Positions 1 through 11,050 of a DNA stretch of 64,000 nucleotides are shown in pieces. Below the pieces are notes generated by a model. That model was not told the DNA's origin, made no database searches, and saw only the letters and a program-made list of their open reading frames with translations. The stretch lies in contig JBJCIZ010000744.1 in assembly GCA_051294375.1 (NCBI GenBank), positions 2,091,402 through 2,155,401 of the forward strand. Reading direction: 5' to 3'. This stretch comes from Paraspadella gotoi. Taxonomy: Eukaryota > Animalia > Chaetognatha. Each line of letters opens with the position of its first letter. The first letter of the stretch is position 1. A program made the position numbers and the translations under genes.

Positions 1-75
1 GTGACGGGAGAGTGTTGTCCAATTGAAGAGACCTCGCGAGCGGGTCCTGCCAGTCGGAAGGTAGGGTCGAGGAGG

Positions 76-117
76 CGAGGGGCGAGGGGCGAGGGGCGAG
101 GGGCGAGGGGCGGAGGG
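76..117 (+). repeat. (GAGGGGC)n heptamer repeat, G-quadruplex-prone
   Basis: About five direct copies of gaggggc. Confidence 0.85.
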
Positions 118-231
118 GCTTGCCCGTCGCCTGAAGCTGCAAATCTGATTACTTACCATCGCGTCTGTCCATTCAAAATAGAACGCAGCCTTTGAATTTC
201 GAATAGATCAGGAAAAGAAGGAAAGGGGAGG

Positions 232-233
232 GG

Positions 234-315
<82 letters not shown>

Positions 316-452
316 AAGCTCCGACGCGTTGGCGCATAAATGGCTCCTCAGAAAAGAAGAGGCAAACTTTTGTGGCAGACAAAAAGAGTATATAAGCCGA
401 ATATGGAAAAAAAAGCGAAAGAGGGAGAGAGGGAGAGAGAGAGAGGAGAGAT

Positions 453-527
<75 letters not shown>
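232..527. repeat. (GA)n microsatellites; many more occur, e.g. 871-930, 3386-3458, 9174-9241, 16630-16675
   Basis: Direct dinucleotide runs; they produce the spurious ER/SL-repeat ORFs in the ORF track. Confidence 0.95.
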
Positions 528-872
528 AAAAGATAACGCGAGATATACCAGATACATCAGGGAGCTTTTTTATAAACTTTTTAATGGTTTTAAGTTTTGA
601 AAAAATATAAGAAAAAAAAAAGTCCGCCTTTTTTTATTGAGGAAATGAAATTTTTTATTTAAGAAAGCACAAAAAGGAGAAAAGTCTTGGTTACAGAAGA
701 CCTTGCTGTCGAAAAAAAAGAAAGAAAAGAAAAATAAGTTTTGATAAAACTAAAGAATGTCTGTCAGGGGGAGCAAATTGGATTTTTTAAGAGTAGGGTT
801 GGGTTAAATAAAAAGTATATGGGGTGAGTGGTATGAAAAGAGAGGAGGAAAGAAGAGGGAAGTCGTTTATGA

Positions 873-931
<59 letters not shown>

Positions 932-1014
932 ATTTAATTTAAATTTTTAATTTAATTAATTACAATTGCAATCAAAAGTTACCTCACCTTCTTTTTTCTC
1001 CCTCACTCCACCAG

Positions 1015-1224
1015 GGAAAGTGCCAACGCAAAGACCCGCCCTGCAAGTACCTTCACCCGCCGCAGCATCTTCGCGAGCAGCTGCTGGCCAACGGACGCAA
1101 CAACCTGATCCTTAAAAACACCGCGGCGATGCTGGCGGCGCAGCAGGCCGCTGCGGTGTCCGCGCACGTTCCTTACCATCAGGCGGCCATCATCTCCGCC
1201 GCGACGGGGATGCAGCCGCAGGTG
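1015..1224 (+). CDS. mbl: muscleblind-like CCCH RNA-binding protein, exon A (end of ZnF2 plus Ala-rich linker); the earlier exons lie upstream of the window
   Basis: ccag|GGA...GTG|gtaagt, phase 0. Translates GKCQRKDPPCKYLHPPQHLREQLLANGRNNLILKNTAAM..., the C-terminal half of the muscleblind tandem zinc finger. Confidence 0.96.
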
Positions 1225-1370
1225 GTAAGTTATGGGAAAGGAAGGGAAGGGAAATTGTGAAGATGGATGATCTAGATATGGTCTAGGTCTCGATCTAGGT
1301 CTAGGACAAGGAGTCGGGGATTTATAGTAGTGATTCTATATTATGAGTCGTTATTTTCTTTTCTTCGGCC

Positions 1371-1410
<40 letters not shown>

Positions 1411-1443
1411 CTGTTAAAACAATCCCTTTTTTAACCACTACAG

Positions 1444-1520
1444 GGAGGAAACCTCTTGGCCCCAGGGTACAATCCATACTTGAGCTCCACCCACGGACCC
1501 ACGGCCCTTTCCCTCCACAG
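1444..1520 (+). CDS. mbl: muscleblind exon B
   Basis: cag|...AG|gtaaac, phase 0 to 2. GGNLLAPGYNPYLSSTHGPTALSLH contains the MBNL linker motif [FY]NPYL. Confidence 0.88.
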
Positions 1521-1605
1521 GTAAACGCGATAAAAAAAAATCAATAAATCAATCAAAATCAATAAATCAATCAATTTAAAAACAATGTATATTCAATATT
1601 GGTAA

Positions 1606-1663
<58 letters not shown>

Positions 1664-1696
1664 TGACTAATAAATATTTTTTTAAATTGTCTTCAG

Positions 1697-1782
1697 TGCT
1701 CTAGTCCCTCACCATGGACATCAGTCTAGTAATCAGCCCACGAGCGGCGCTGCTCCCGGCTACGCCCACCAGCAGCCGCAAG
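1697..1782 (+). CDS. mbl: muscleblind exon C
   Basis: cttcag|...G|gtaagg. Only phase 2 is open (SALVPHHGHQSSNQPTSGAAPGYAHQQPQ), which matches the exit phase of exon B. Confidence 0.8.
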
Positions 1783-2060
1783 GTAAGGCTCTCTGATTTA
1801 TTTATTTATTTATTTATTCATTTGTTTTTTAGTATGTATGTTTATGTATGTATTTTGATTGTTTCATTTGTTTATTTGATTATCAGTTCATTGTTTCATT
1901 TTTTTATTTGTTTCATTAGTTTATTGGTTTATGCTTTCATTGATTTTCATAATTAGTATGAAGAGAAAACATTTTTCGTAATTTATTATATAATATTTGT
2001 TTATTTATTTATTTATTTAATTTTTTTTTCTTTTAAAATTTTCCGTTTTTTCCTCGGCAG

Positions 2061-2172
2061 GCCAGAGTGATGGCAGCACTGCCCAACACCAACTAGTCCA
2101 ACAACCAATCAATGTGATCCATCTCCTTCAATTGTGAATGCCCAAAAACTTCAGCGCACTGATAGGCTGGAG
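2061..2172 (+). CDS. mbl: muscleblind exon D, linker before ZnF3; one base out of frame as assembled
   Basis: cggcag|...GAG|gtgagt. The 3' part reads VNAQKLQRTDRLE, like MBNL AQKLMRTDRLE; the entry frame hits TGA at 2135-2137. Confidence 0.88.
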
Positions 2173-3404
2173 GTGAGTTCCCTCCGTTTAAACTTACCTA
2201 AACCGGTATATTAGTTTCATTTTTTTTTGTTATTGGTAATTAAGTTCCAGACTAGAGACAAAATGCTCTTTGGTTCTTTATTTAACGTTTTTTGTTTTAG
2301 AGTCAGTAAAAGTATAAATATTAAAATATTTATATTAAAACGAATCATTGATTAAAAGCGAATATTAGAAATCCGTAGAAATGAAACAATGAATAATGAT
2401 GAGCTCTAGATGGAATCGAATCTTACGATTGTTAAATATTTGTATCTGTTTTCCCCACTAATGATTATATAATAGAACAACAAAATTCAAACTTCAAATC
2501 TAAAAAAGAAAAAGATGATGAAAATTTAAAGATATTCTGGAGCTGATCCTGGAGCTTGCTTAATAATAATATAATATAATAATATAATATATAATACTTA
2601 TATCTCCTCATTAATAAAACAAGGTAAATTTTTTTTTTTATCAAAACTCTAGTTTGAGATAAAAGGAAAAGTTGACATTCAATATTTGAACTATTTAAAT
2701 TTTAATTTTTTCTCTTATTTAAAAAAAATTTAACTATTAATTCATTAAAATTTAATGATTTGAAACGTTTTATACAAAGAGAGATACACTCTCCCCCCCC
2801 CCCTCAACTCGTTTCCACCGTCCGATGACTAATACCTAAAATTAATAACTTCATTTCCAAAGCAGCGCAACTTTTTTGCACAAAACGAATTCTTGACGCA
2901 AGATTAGATTAGTTTCACTTTTTTTTTATTACATGCAACATCAACCCAAATATATATTTATAAAAAAAAGTTTATTAATCCATTTTTTTGCACTTTTCTT
3001 GCGCCGCTGCATTCTGTCTTTTTTCTGTATTTTTAGCTCCAAAAAATTTTTCCATGTGCGATTTTCGCTTTATTTTTCTCTCTCTTTCTCTCGCTCTAAT
3101 TTGAAAATAAAAAAAAAAAGATTATGAGTACAAATTAAAGTTAGTACCATCTTAGAAATAAAAAAAAATCATTGGATTTTATTATAAACGATAGATTTAC
3201 ATATACCATTTCGTCTAAATTGGTACTCAACTAACACACAAATTATTGTTTTTTCTTCATTCTTTCTTCTCTCTTGTTTTTTCGTCCGCTGTTTTTGCCA
3301 ACCGCTTCGAAATTCCCGCTACATTTTGATGGCCGCTTAAAAAAAAAAAAAAAAAAAAAAAACCGGGCACGCACTATTTTCGTTTTCTCTACTCTCTCTA
3401 CTCT

Positions 3405-3463
<59 letters not shown>

Positions 3464-3474
3464 AAAACAAAAAG

Positions 3475-4077
3475 GTATGTCGCGAGTTTCAACGTGGCAA
3501 TTGCAACCGTTCGCCCTCCGACTGCCGTTACGCCCACCCGCCCGAGTCGATCAGCGTAGACGCCTGCGACAACGCAGTCACCGTTTGCATGGACCATTTG
3601 AAGGGCAAGTGCTCTCGAGACGCTTGCAAGTATTTCCATCCGCCTCAGCACCTACAGGTTCAAATCAAAACCGCGCAGCAGCGGGCCTCGGTCGCCGCGG
3701 CCGCCGCTTCGGTCGCCGCGGCCGCCGCGGCGGCCGGAGCGGTCGTCGGCGGCGGGTCGAAAGGCGGCGGAGGAACGCCCGTCGTTTGCCCGGGGGGCGG
3801 AGGGGGATTGGGGTTGGTAGGTAACGCCGGGGCGGGCGCCGCCTCGTGCTCTGTCGCTAACGCCGCCGCCGCTTCGTCCGCTTCGGCGGCGTCGTCCGTT
3901 CGCGCGATCGGCGTCGCCGCCGGCGGCGGCACCGCCACGCCTATAGCACTTTCCGCCGCTAACCCGGTCGCTGCATCCGTGCCTCTCCCCTCGGCGTCCC
4001 ACGGCCCAACCTCGGCCGTGGCGGCCGCTCAAGTTGCGCTTGTGGCAGCCGCTGCTGCTTCTCATGGCTCCACAATG
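3475..4077 (+). CDS. mbl: muscleblind exon E (ZnF3 and ZnF4 plus Ala/Gly-rich region)
   Basis: aag|GTATGT...ATG|gtaggc, 603 nt, phase 0. [22 protein letters not shown]...[24 protein letters not shown] encodes two CCCH fingers. Confidence 0.97.
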
Positions 4078-5064
4078 GTAGGCGACTCTAAGTTTGCCTT
4101 TTTTTTTGGTTCTTTTTTTTTTTTCTTTTAAAAATTATTACTTATATCTTAATTTTTCATTCTCAACTAGTCATTTACGCTCGCATGCTTTTTTTTTTGG
4201 CAATTAAAAACAAAAAATAAAAAAGAAATTCAAATTGCTTGGCTTATCTAAATGAAATTTCCGTTCTTTGCTTGCTAATGCTTAATGATTATTCATAAAT
4301 CATATCCTAGTTATATTCGCCCTTTTCCCCTTACATCCCCTAATGTTTTGCACATTAATTCATACTAAAAAGTTTAGACGTTTTTAATACAATAAAATAT
4401 TAAGTTTCAACGCTCACCGTTAATACTAGTACACAGTTAATACACAGTTAATACTAGTACACAGAAATAGGAAAAAAAAAAAGAGAAATAAGGTCTAATG
4501 GGGAAAACAGCTTTTCTAATCAATCCATGCTTTAAATTTATTATTTTGGGTGATTCTTTATATGAGAGAAGAATTGTTTGGTTTTTTTTTTCTTAAACTT
4601 CTTGGAATCAGCAGTGATTTTGACAGATTGATCACCAAGTGTGAATCCTCGATAGATCACCCGTGATCCGCTGTGATTTAATGAGTCTAGTCTGGAATTT
4701 TTTTGCCCACCTCAAAATCGACTGCTGACGGCCATTTTAAGTTATAATGATGTCATTTTTAGCATCATTTTTCCATAGATATATAAAAAGTCAGACGCAA
4801 AAAATTTAAATAATTAAACTAGAAATTCTTCTTTAATATTCTGCATGTCAATTTATTTCTTTGTTTTTTTTTTTTCTCCTTATTTTACACGACGAAATTT
4901 CCGTCAATCCGCGACCTTCCTAATTCTGCAATAACCGTCGCTGCAACGATGCAATTTCTTTGACTATCTGCAATAATTCTTTGCGAAATCGACGTTTTGA
5001 TTCGACGAAAACAAAACACTTCTCACACACACACACACACACACATTTTCACTCACACATCAAG

Positions 5065-5640
5065 GCTGAAGGAGAACTGAATCCTCTCGATGCGGCGATG
5101 GCAGTGGCCCAACGAGCCTCGGAAGGCCCCCTCTTGGAGCCTGGCCGACCGCGGGCGATCCCGACCACGCCGTCGACGACCGACTCCAGTTCCGCCGTCT
5201 CCTCCATCGAGGTCATCACCAACGCCGCCCTTACGGCGCCCCACCGGCCGATCTCGGCGCCGCCGGCATCTCTCGACGCCGCGGCGCCGCACGGCTGGAC
5301 CCAACAGCAGCACGAACTGCCAAAGACGACGACGACGGCGCCGCTGGCGCCCGTTTTCGTCGGCAAGAAGCGCCCCTGTGATCAAATGTCTGATGTGATA
5401 AACTGCCAAGGTGCCGTCGCCGTTCACGCCGCCGCCTTCGCCAACTATTCTCACCAACAACAACAACTACAACAACAACAACAACAACAAACCGTTTCCT
5501 TCTCGCCTTCCAACGCGCAGCACGCCGCCGCCGTCGCCGCAGCCGCCGCCGCCGCGGCCAACTACTCTCAGCAACAACAGCACATCAACAACGCGGCCGT
5601 CCTGCAAGCCACGTTGATCGGCGGCCAACATCCCGTCTTG
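5065..5640 (+). CDS. mbl: muscleblind exon F (low complexity, KKRP basic motif, polyQ/polyA); probably alternative
   Basis: caag|GCT...TTG|gtacag, 576 nt, open, phase 0. GC-rich codons; KKRPCD resembles the KRP NLS element of MBNL exon 5. Confidence 0.8.
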
Positions 5641-7422
5641 GTACAGTCTTCCCATTTTTGTTTATTTTTTGTTTCTTGTTTTTTTTTTTTTGTTTTTTTT
5701 TTTGGGGGGGGGTTTCTAAGTTTTCTTTTTTTTTAATTCTCCAGCAAGATGTCTTTTTGTTTGAAAGATCGAGAATTACGTTTTGCTTTTTTTTATTTCA
5801 GTTTTTTCTCGCGGTTTTTTTTTCTTTTCTGTAATTTTTAGATATTTTTTAAGTTTTTTTTTTATACATAGTCACCATGGTTTGCAAAATGCCCTATTTT
5901 TTTGTTATTAAAATTTATTTTCTTGAGATATATTTGCATGCTTTATTAACTATATCTATTCTTTCGTTTTGGTTTTTAGTGATAAATCGTGATTCAGTGA
6001 CATCGTGAGTAGAGATAATTGCATTTAAGTTGAAGCCTGGATTGATTCACATTTGGGCCTCTGAGAAACGAGTAGCTTACACGAAAAACCTTAATATAAA
6101 ATTTTTCTTTTTAACTTTTGCCTTTAGCACTCTGGTTAGGAGGAAGCTTAAGCTAATTTTCGTGACAAAATATGTGAGAAAAACAAATTTTACAAAACTT
6201 TTTTTTTAAGTAAAATAACAAAATTTTGCAAACCAGCAGCAAGTAAATCGAAGAAAGAAACGAATTAATTTTACGAAATGGGAAATTTCTAAGCAAGCAG
6301 TGATTTCTAAGCAAGCAGTGATGATGAAGCTTGTTATTGTAATAATACAGCATTATATAAGCGAATGGTATGATTATCACCAAAAAAAAAATCTTTCCAC
6401 AAAAATGATTTGCGGCAGATATTTCTCAGAAACAATTTTTTTTTATTTGTTAAAACATGTTGCTTCTTTTTCTAATTTAATTTTATATTTTCAAATTTGA
6501 CCGTTAATTAATTTTAAAACTCTTTTTTAGGTCTATTTCTAAAAATTTCATCATCATCTCTGGTGGACTTGCACCGTAGGTGTCATGTTTACAACGGATG
6601 AATTTGTATAATTTGATATTGATACTCGATGTTACTTATATAAAAATACATCACCAAATTATACAAATTTAGTCGAAAACCGCCCTGCCGTGCATAGTCA
6701 CGTTAACTCAAACGTAAGTTAACAATTTTTTTTTTACCTTGTTACTCTCTAAATCTTTGCCATAGAGCAGAAGCTTCATGCCTTTTCTATATATCAAACA
6801 AAAGCCTAAAAATTCGGTGTATCCTTTTTAATGCACCCACCCTTCTCAAAATAAAAAAAAGATGAAAATGTCCCCCGCAAGTCATTTTTGTGTCTTTTCC
6901 GCATCAAACGGCTTACAAGTGCATCTTTTCTTTTCTTTCCCTCTCCACCTCCCTATAATTCCTTGGCAACGAACAACAACAACTACGAAAAAAAAAACAA
7001 AAAAAAAACAAATGAACTCTGCTGTTTTCTGCCGCTCAAATAATTGCGCTGTCAATCAACATGATCTCTCTATATCTTTATACACTACGCAACACGTTTC
7101 GCTCTTACTGTGTTTGTTTACCAAAACAATAATCAAACCAAAACAAAACAAAATAAATTTGGTTTTTCCTTTCTGCCGCTATTCCTATGCATATAAACGC
7201 CAATCCCCCAACGGCCTATCCCCGCCCCCCCAACTCCATCGGCTATTCCCCATCCGATGGTCAAACATTATATCGTTGCTACTCGCATCTTGGAATTAAA
7301 AAAAAAAAACACAAAAAATCGTTAATATATAAACATAAATAAAATTTATAAAGCATGGAACGTAAAAAAAAAATCAAAAATCCAAACTTAATGAACGAAA
7401 ATGCAAAAAAAAAAAAAAAAAG

Positions 7423-7628
7423 CATCAGCAAAATAACATGCCAGGTTTAGGTCATCCCGTTGCTAAGAGACCAGCCTTAGCCGATGCTAAAAGCGGTGTT
7501 CCCGTGTACCCCAGCCTGCCGCTCCCGCGCTAACTCGGCCGCTTATCACCAGGCCGCAGCTTTAGCCGCTATGCAACTGCAGCAAACAGCCACATCTGCC
7601 CAGCAAAATGCTTTTGTACCCGTGTCAT
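7423..7628 (+). CDS. mbl: muscleblind exon G (KRPAL NLS, AMQLQQ, FVPVS); local indels near 7508-7530
   Basis: aag|CATCAG...TCAT|gtaagt. Reads HPVAKRPALADAKSGVPVY, then after a frame slip AAYHQAAALAAMQLQQ...AFVPVS, matching conserved Mbl C-terminal motifs. Confidence 0.87.
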
Positions 7629-8662
7629 GTAAGTGATCGGCCCATCGGTGATTAGTTTTTTTGTTTTTTTTTTTCATTCTTTCATTCTTTTTGTTTCATA
7701 TTTTGTTTTTCCGCTTTGGTGTTTTCATTTTTATCGCTTTGCCAAAATATTTTTTTTTAACGCTACAATCAGCTTTTCGGGTTATTTTTGTTATCCCCCG
7801 TTTTCCAGCTTTAAACGCTTTTTCATTTATTCGTTCTTTAATTTTTTTTAGCTTACTTTCAATAACCTCTTTGGAAAAGAAGTTAGTTCTTTTTTTAATA
7901 AACAAATACAAACAAATATTATCGTTCCCTTAACTATTTACGCGAGATTAAGAATTAGCAGACAACATTTTTTTCTTAAATTTGATTCCGTTTCACTCGA
8001 TGAAATTGACTGATATTTTTTTGTGCTTCCTTACCGATGTAGTAATATAATATGTACTGGTGTTTTTATAGCTGCTAAATTCGAGCTTATTTCGCTAAAA
8101 GAAAAGAAAAAAAAAGAAATACGCGCGATTTTCTTTTTAAGGGGTTAAGTTCATAAAATAAACTAAAAATAAACCTAAACAAAAAAAACTTACCATAAGA
8201 TTCTGATTAATCATTTTATTATACTATCGATTTTAGCATCATGTGTTTAAATCGTGTTTTAATTTAAAAAAAAACAACTTTCAGAATTTATCTTATATAC
8301 AACAAACTGTATTAAGATAAATTAAAATTCAAAATTTAAACAAAAATTAATCTTTCATAACAGCCATAACCAAATTAAAAAAACTTACATTAATTTTTTT
8401 TTTTTTGTTAATTTCGATTCTTTAAAACGAATTTAACGATCGCGAAAAAGTCGGACATTTTTAATTAATCCTTCAACCCTCGCCTCGCTCGTTCCGACAT
8501 TTTCAAAAAAAAAAAAATAAAAAAATAAAAAAACCCCAAAATTCCCCCTTCCCCTTAAACGACCCCAAAAAAAACCTCTTCCCTTCCATACCCAACTCTT
8601 CCCACTCCCCCCCCCCGCCCCCCTCTTTCGTCGGGGTTTTTTTTCCTTCCGACGGCGCGCAG

Positions 8663-8697
8663 TTACAGGCCATCCACCAGGGGTACCCCGCTTCTGA
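8663..8697 (+). CDS. mbl: muscleblind last coding exon H (FTGHPPGVPRF*)
   Basis: gcgcag|TT ACA GGC CAT CCA CCA GGG GTA CCC CGC TTC TGA joins exon G in phase 1; I recall this as the invertebrate Mbl C-terminus. Confidence 0.85.
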
Positions 8698-8853
8698 GTA
8701 CGTGCAACAGTACGAGGCCGCCGCGGTGTATCCCCACCAACATCCCTTCAAGCATCACTTCCAATAGCGAGGCTTTCTTTCCGCGGAAGGCTGGCGATGC
8801 TCACGGGTGGCTCCTTAACTTTGCTGACATTTGTTATATTTTTTAAAAAAAGG

Positions 8854-9106
8854 GTGAGTTTTTAAACAAATAAGTTGGGGAAATTGTTTGTTGAAAATTT
8901 TTTTGGGAACAATTTTTTGAAAGAAATGAATCGGATAAGATATTGAGTGTTGTATTTTTTCTTTGGGAGGAATGTTTGCACGGTTTCAGAATTATTGAAA
9001 AGTCTATGAAGTTGCCTTAAGTCGACTGAGACCGGGTCAGTTCTAATGAAGTTTCCCTATGTCTCTCTCTCTCTCTCATTCTCTCTCTCTCTCCCTCTCT
9101 CTCCAG
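8854..9106 (+). other. putative intron in the mbl 3'UTR
   Basis: Donor AGG|gtgagt at 8854; (CT)n polypyrimidine tract ending ctccag| at 9106. Confidence 0.55.
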
Positions 9107-9172
9107 GTGATATAATTCTACAATTACTTTACCACAATGTAACCAAGTGACCAATGAAAACCGAAAATCGGC

Positions 9173-9243
<71 letters not shown>

Positions 9244-11005
9244 TCATCGACTTCGGTGCGGAGAAACCGTCCGGCAAAACCTGTCCGGACTTTGCCGGTG
9301 CCGCCGACTTGCGCCGACGTTTAGGCGAAAACCGCTCGCCGACGCAAGCCGACACCGTCCGCCGACGCAAGCCGACAACGCCCGCCGACGCCGATCAGAA
9401 GGAAAAAAAATTTTTTTTCTCGTGAACTTTTTTCGGTTTTTTTTAATTTTTTTTTATTGTGTGTGGAAGAAATAGGATCTCAAATCGAGAAGAAATTTTG
9501 ACCGTTAAGGAAACGTCTTCCAAATTAACATTTTTTTGTTTTTGTTTTCCTTTGTTTTATCATAACCACAATTCATAATATTCAATTCATTTTTCTTAAT
9601 ATATCAGATGAGGTAATGGTATATGAATAAAGATAAATCTTAATGTCTTCCATTTAGTTACATTAGACGGCGTTTATCACTTTTTTTTTAAAATTAAGTA
9701 ATAATTAATCTTCAAAATTATAAAAAAAAACAAAATAACAACGGTTCAGATTTCTTTCGGTTTTGACATTTTTTCCTTAATTTAATTTTTAACAAAAAAA
9801 CAAACAAACTAAAGACGGCGATAAAGAAGTGTGATAATAATTTTGTAATATCATCATTTGACTATCATTATCATCGAGTTTTTGAATTATTGCAAAAGTT
9901 TTTTTTCTTGTTAAGACATTTTTTAAACCACAATTTTTTTTCTATCGAAATGGTTTTTTTTTTTAAGAGTCAAAAAGAAAAGAATCTTCGTGAGTCTCAA
10001 ATTCACAAATTCCGCTGCAATTGAAATATTATTATGATTATTATTATCTCGGGTGGATTTGTCAAATAATCATGTTGATGCTATAAATACTAGTCTGTGT
10101 GAACTACATCCTTTTGTACGATGGAGATTTTAACCTGTTTTTTTTTTCTATGTACATATATTGTACCTTATAACAGATTTATTTGGCATTTTTAATGATT
10201 TCATTAGCGTACAAGTATGGATGTACCTACTGTCTTTTACTACTGTTTTTTCAAGTAAATACTTAAAAGTTGATATTTTTGGTAAGTGCAGGAGTAAGTT
10301 GGGACTTTCTTCCAACAAAACTGTACTTTTGTAAATTTTGATTACTTGTTCGACTTGTACGACTGGGATTATGTACGATTCATTAAAGCATGCCAGATTT
10401 CACGGCGCTTAGTCAATGAAAATTTTATTTTAGAAATTAAAAAAGTGTATCAATGAATTTGATTGTGAAATGTATCGGTTATTGAAAATCGAGTTTTTAT
10501 AAGTTCCTATATTCCATAATCTTTTGTCGCAAAGTAATCAGCCATTGAGAGAAGTACAGCTTAGAAGGAAGAAAGGGCCAGCCCTGTATATTTGTAATCC
10601 TCTCTCTCGCTCTCAGTTTTTTTTCTCTCTCTCTCCCTCTCTCTCCTAAACATTCTGATATACGAAAAAACAAAAACTCCTTCATATTTCAAAATGTATT
10701 GACTTGAGTTTTTTAACTTGACCCTTTTTCTCACAAGCTGTGACGACTTCTTATATTCTTCTTCTCTTAAAACAAAAACAAAAACAAAACAAAGTTGACC
10801 GTGAATTTGTCGTGAAACACTTTTTTCATTCACTGTTTGAAAAAAAAAACGCAAATGTTTTTTGTTTTTTTTTTGGTTTATATATATATATTCACAAGCA
10901 GTCAAATACATTGTATATTCTTGGGAAGGTTTTTTTTCTTACTTATTTTTGAAGTACTTTTCAACTTAAAAAGAAACGAAATAAGAACTAATGTTTCGTT
11001 AAAGA

Positions 11006-11050
<45 letters not shown>

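Noticed and set aside
173-600. ER-rich and SL-rich ORFs here and elsewhere
   Set aside because: They are translations of (GA/CT)n microsatellites.
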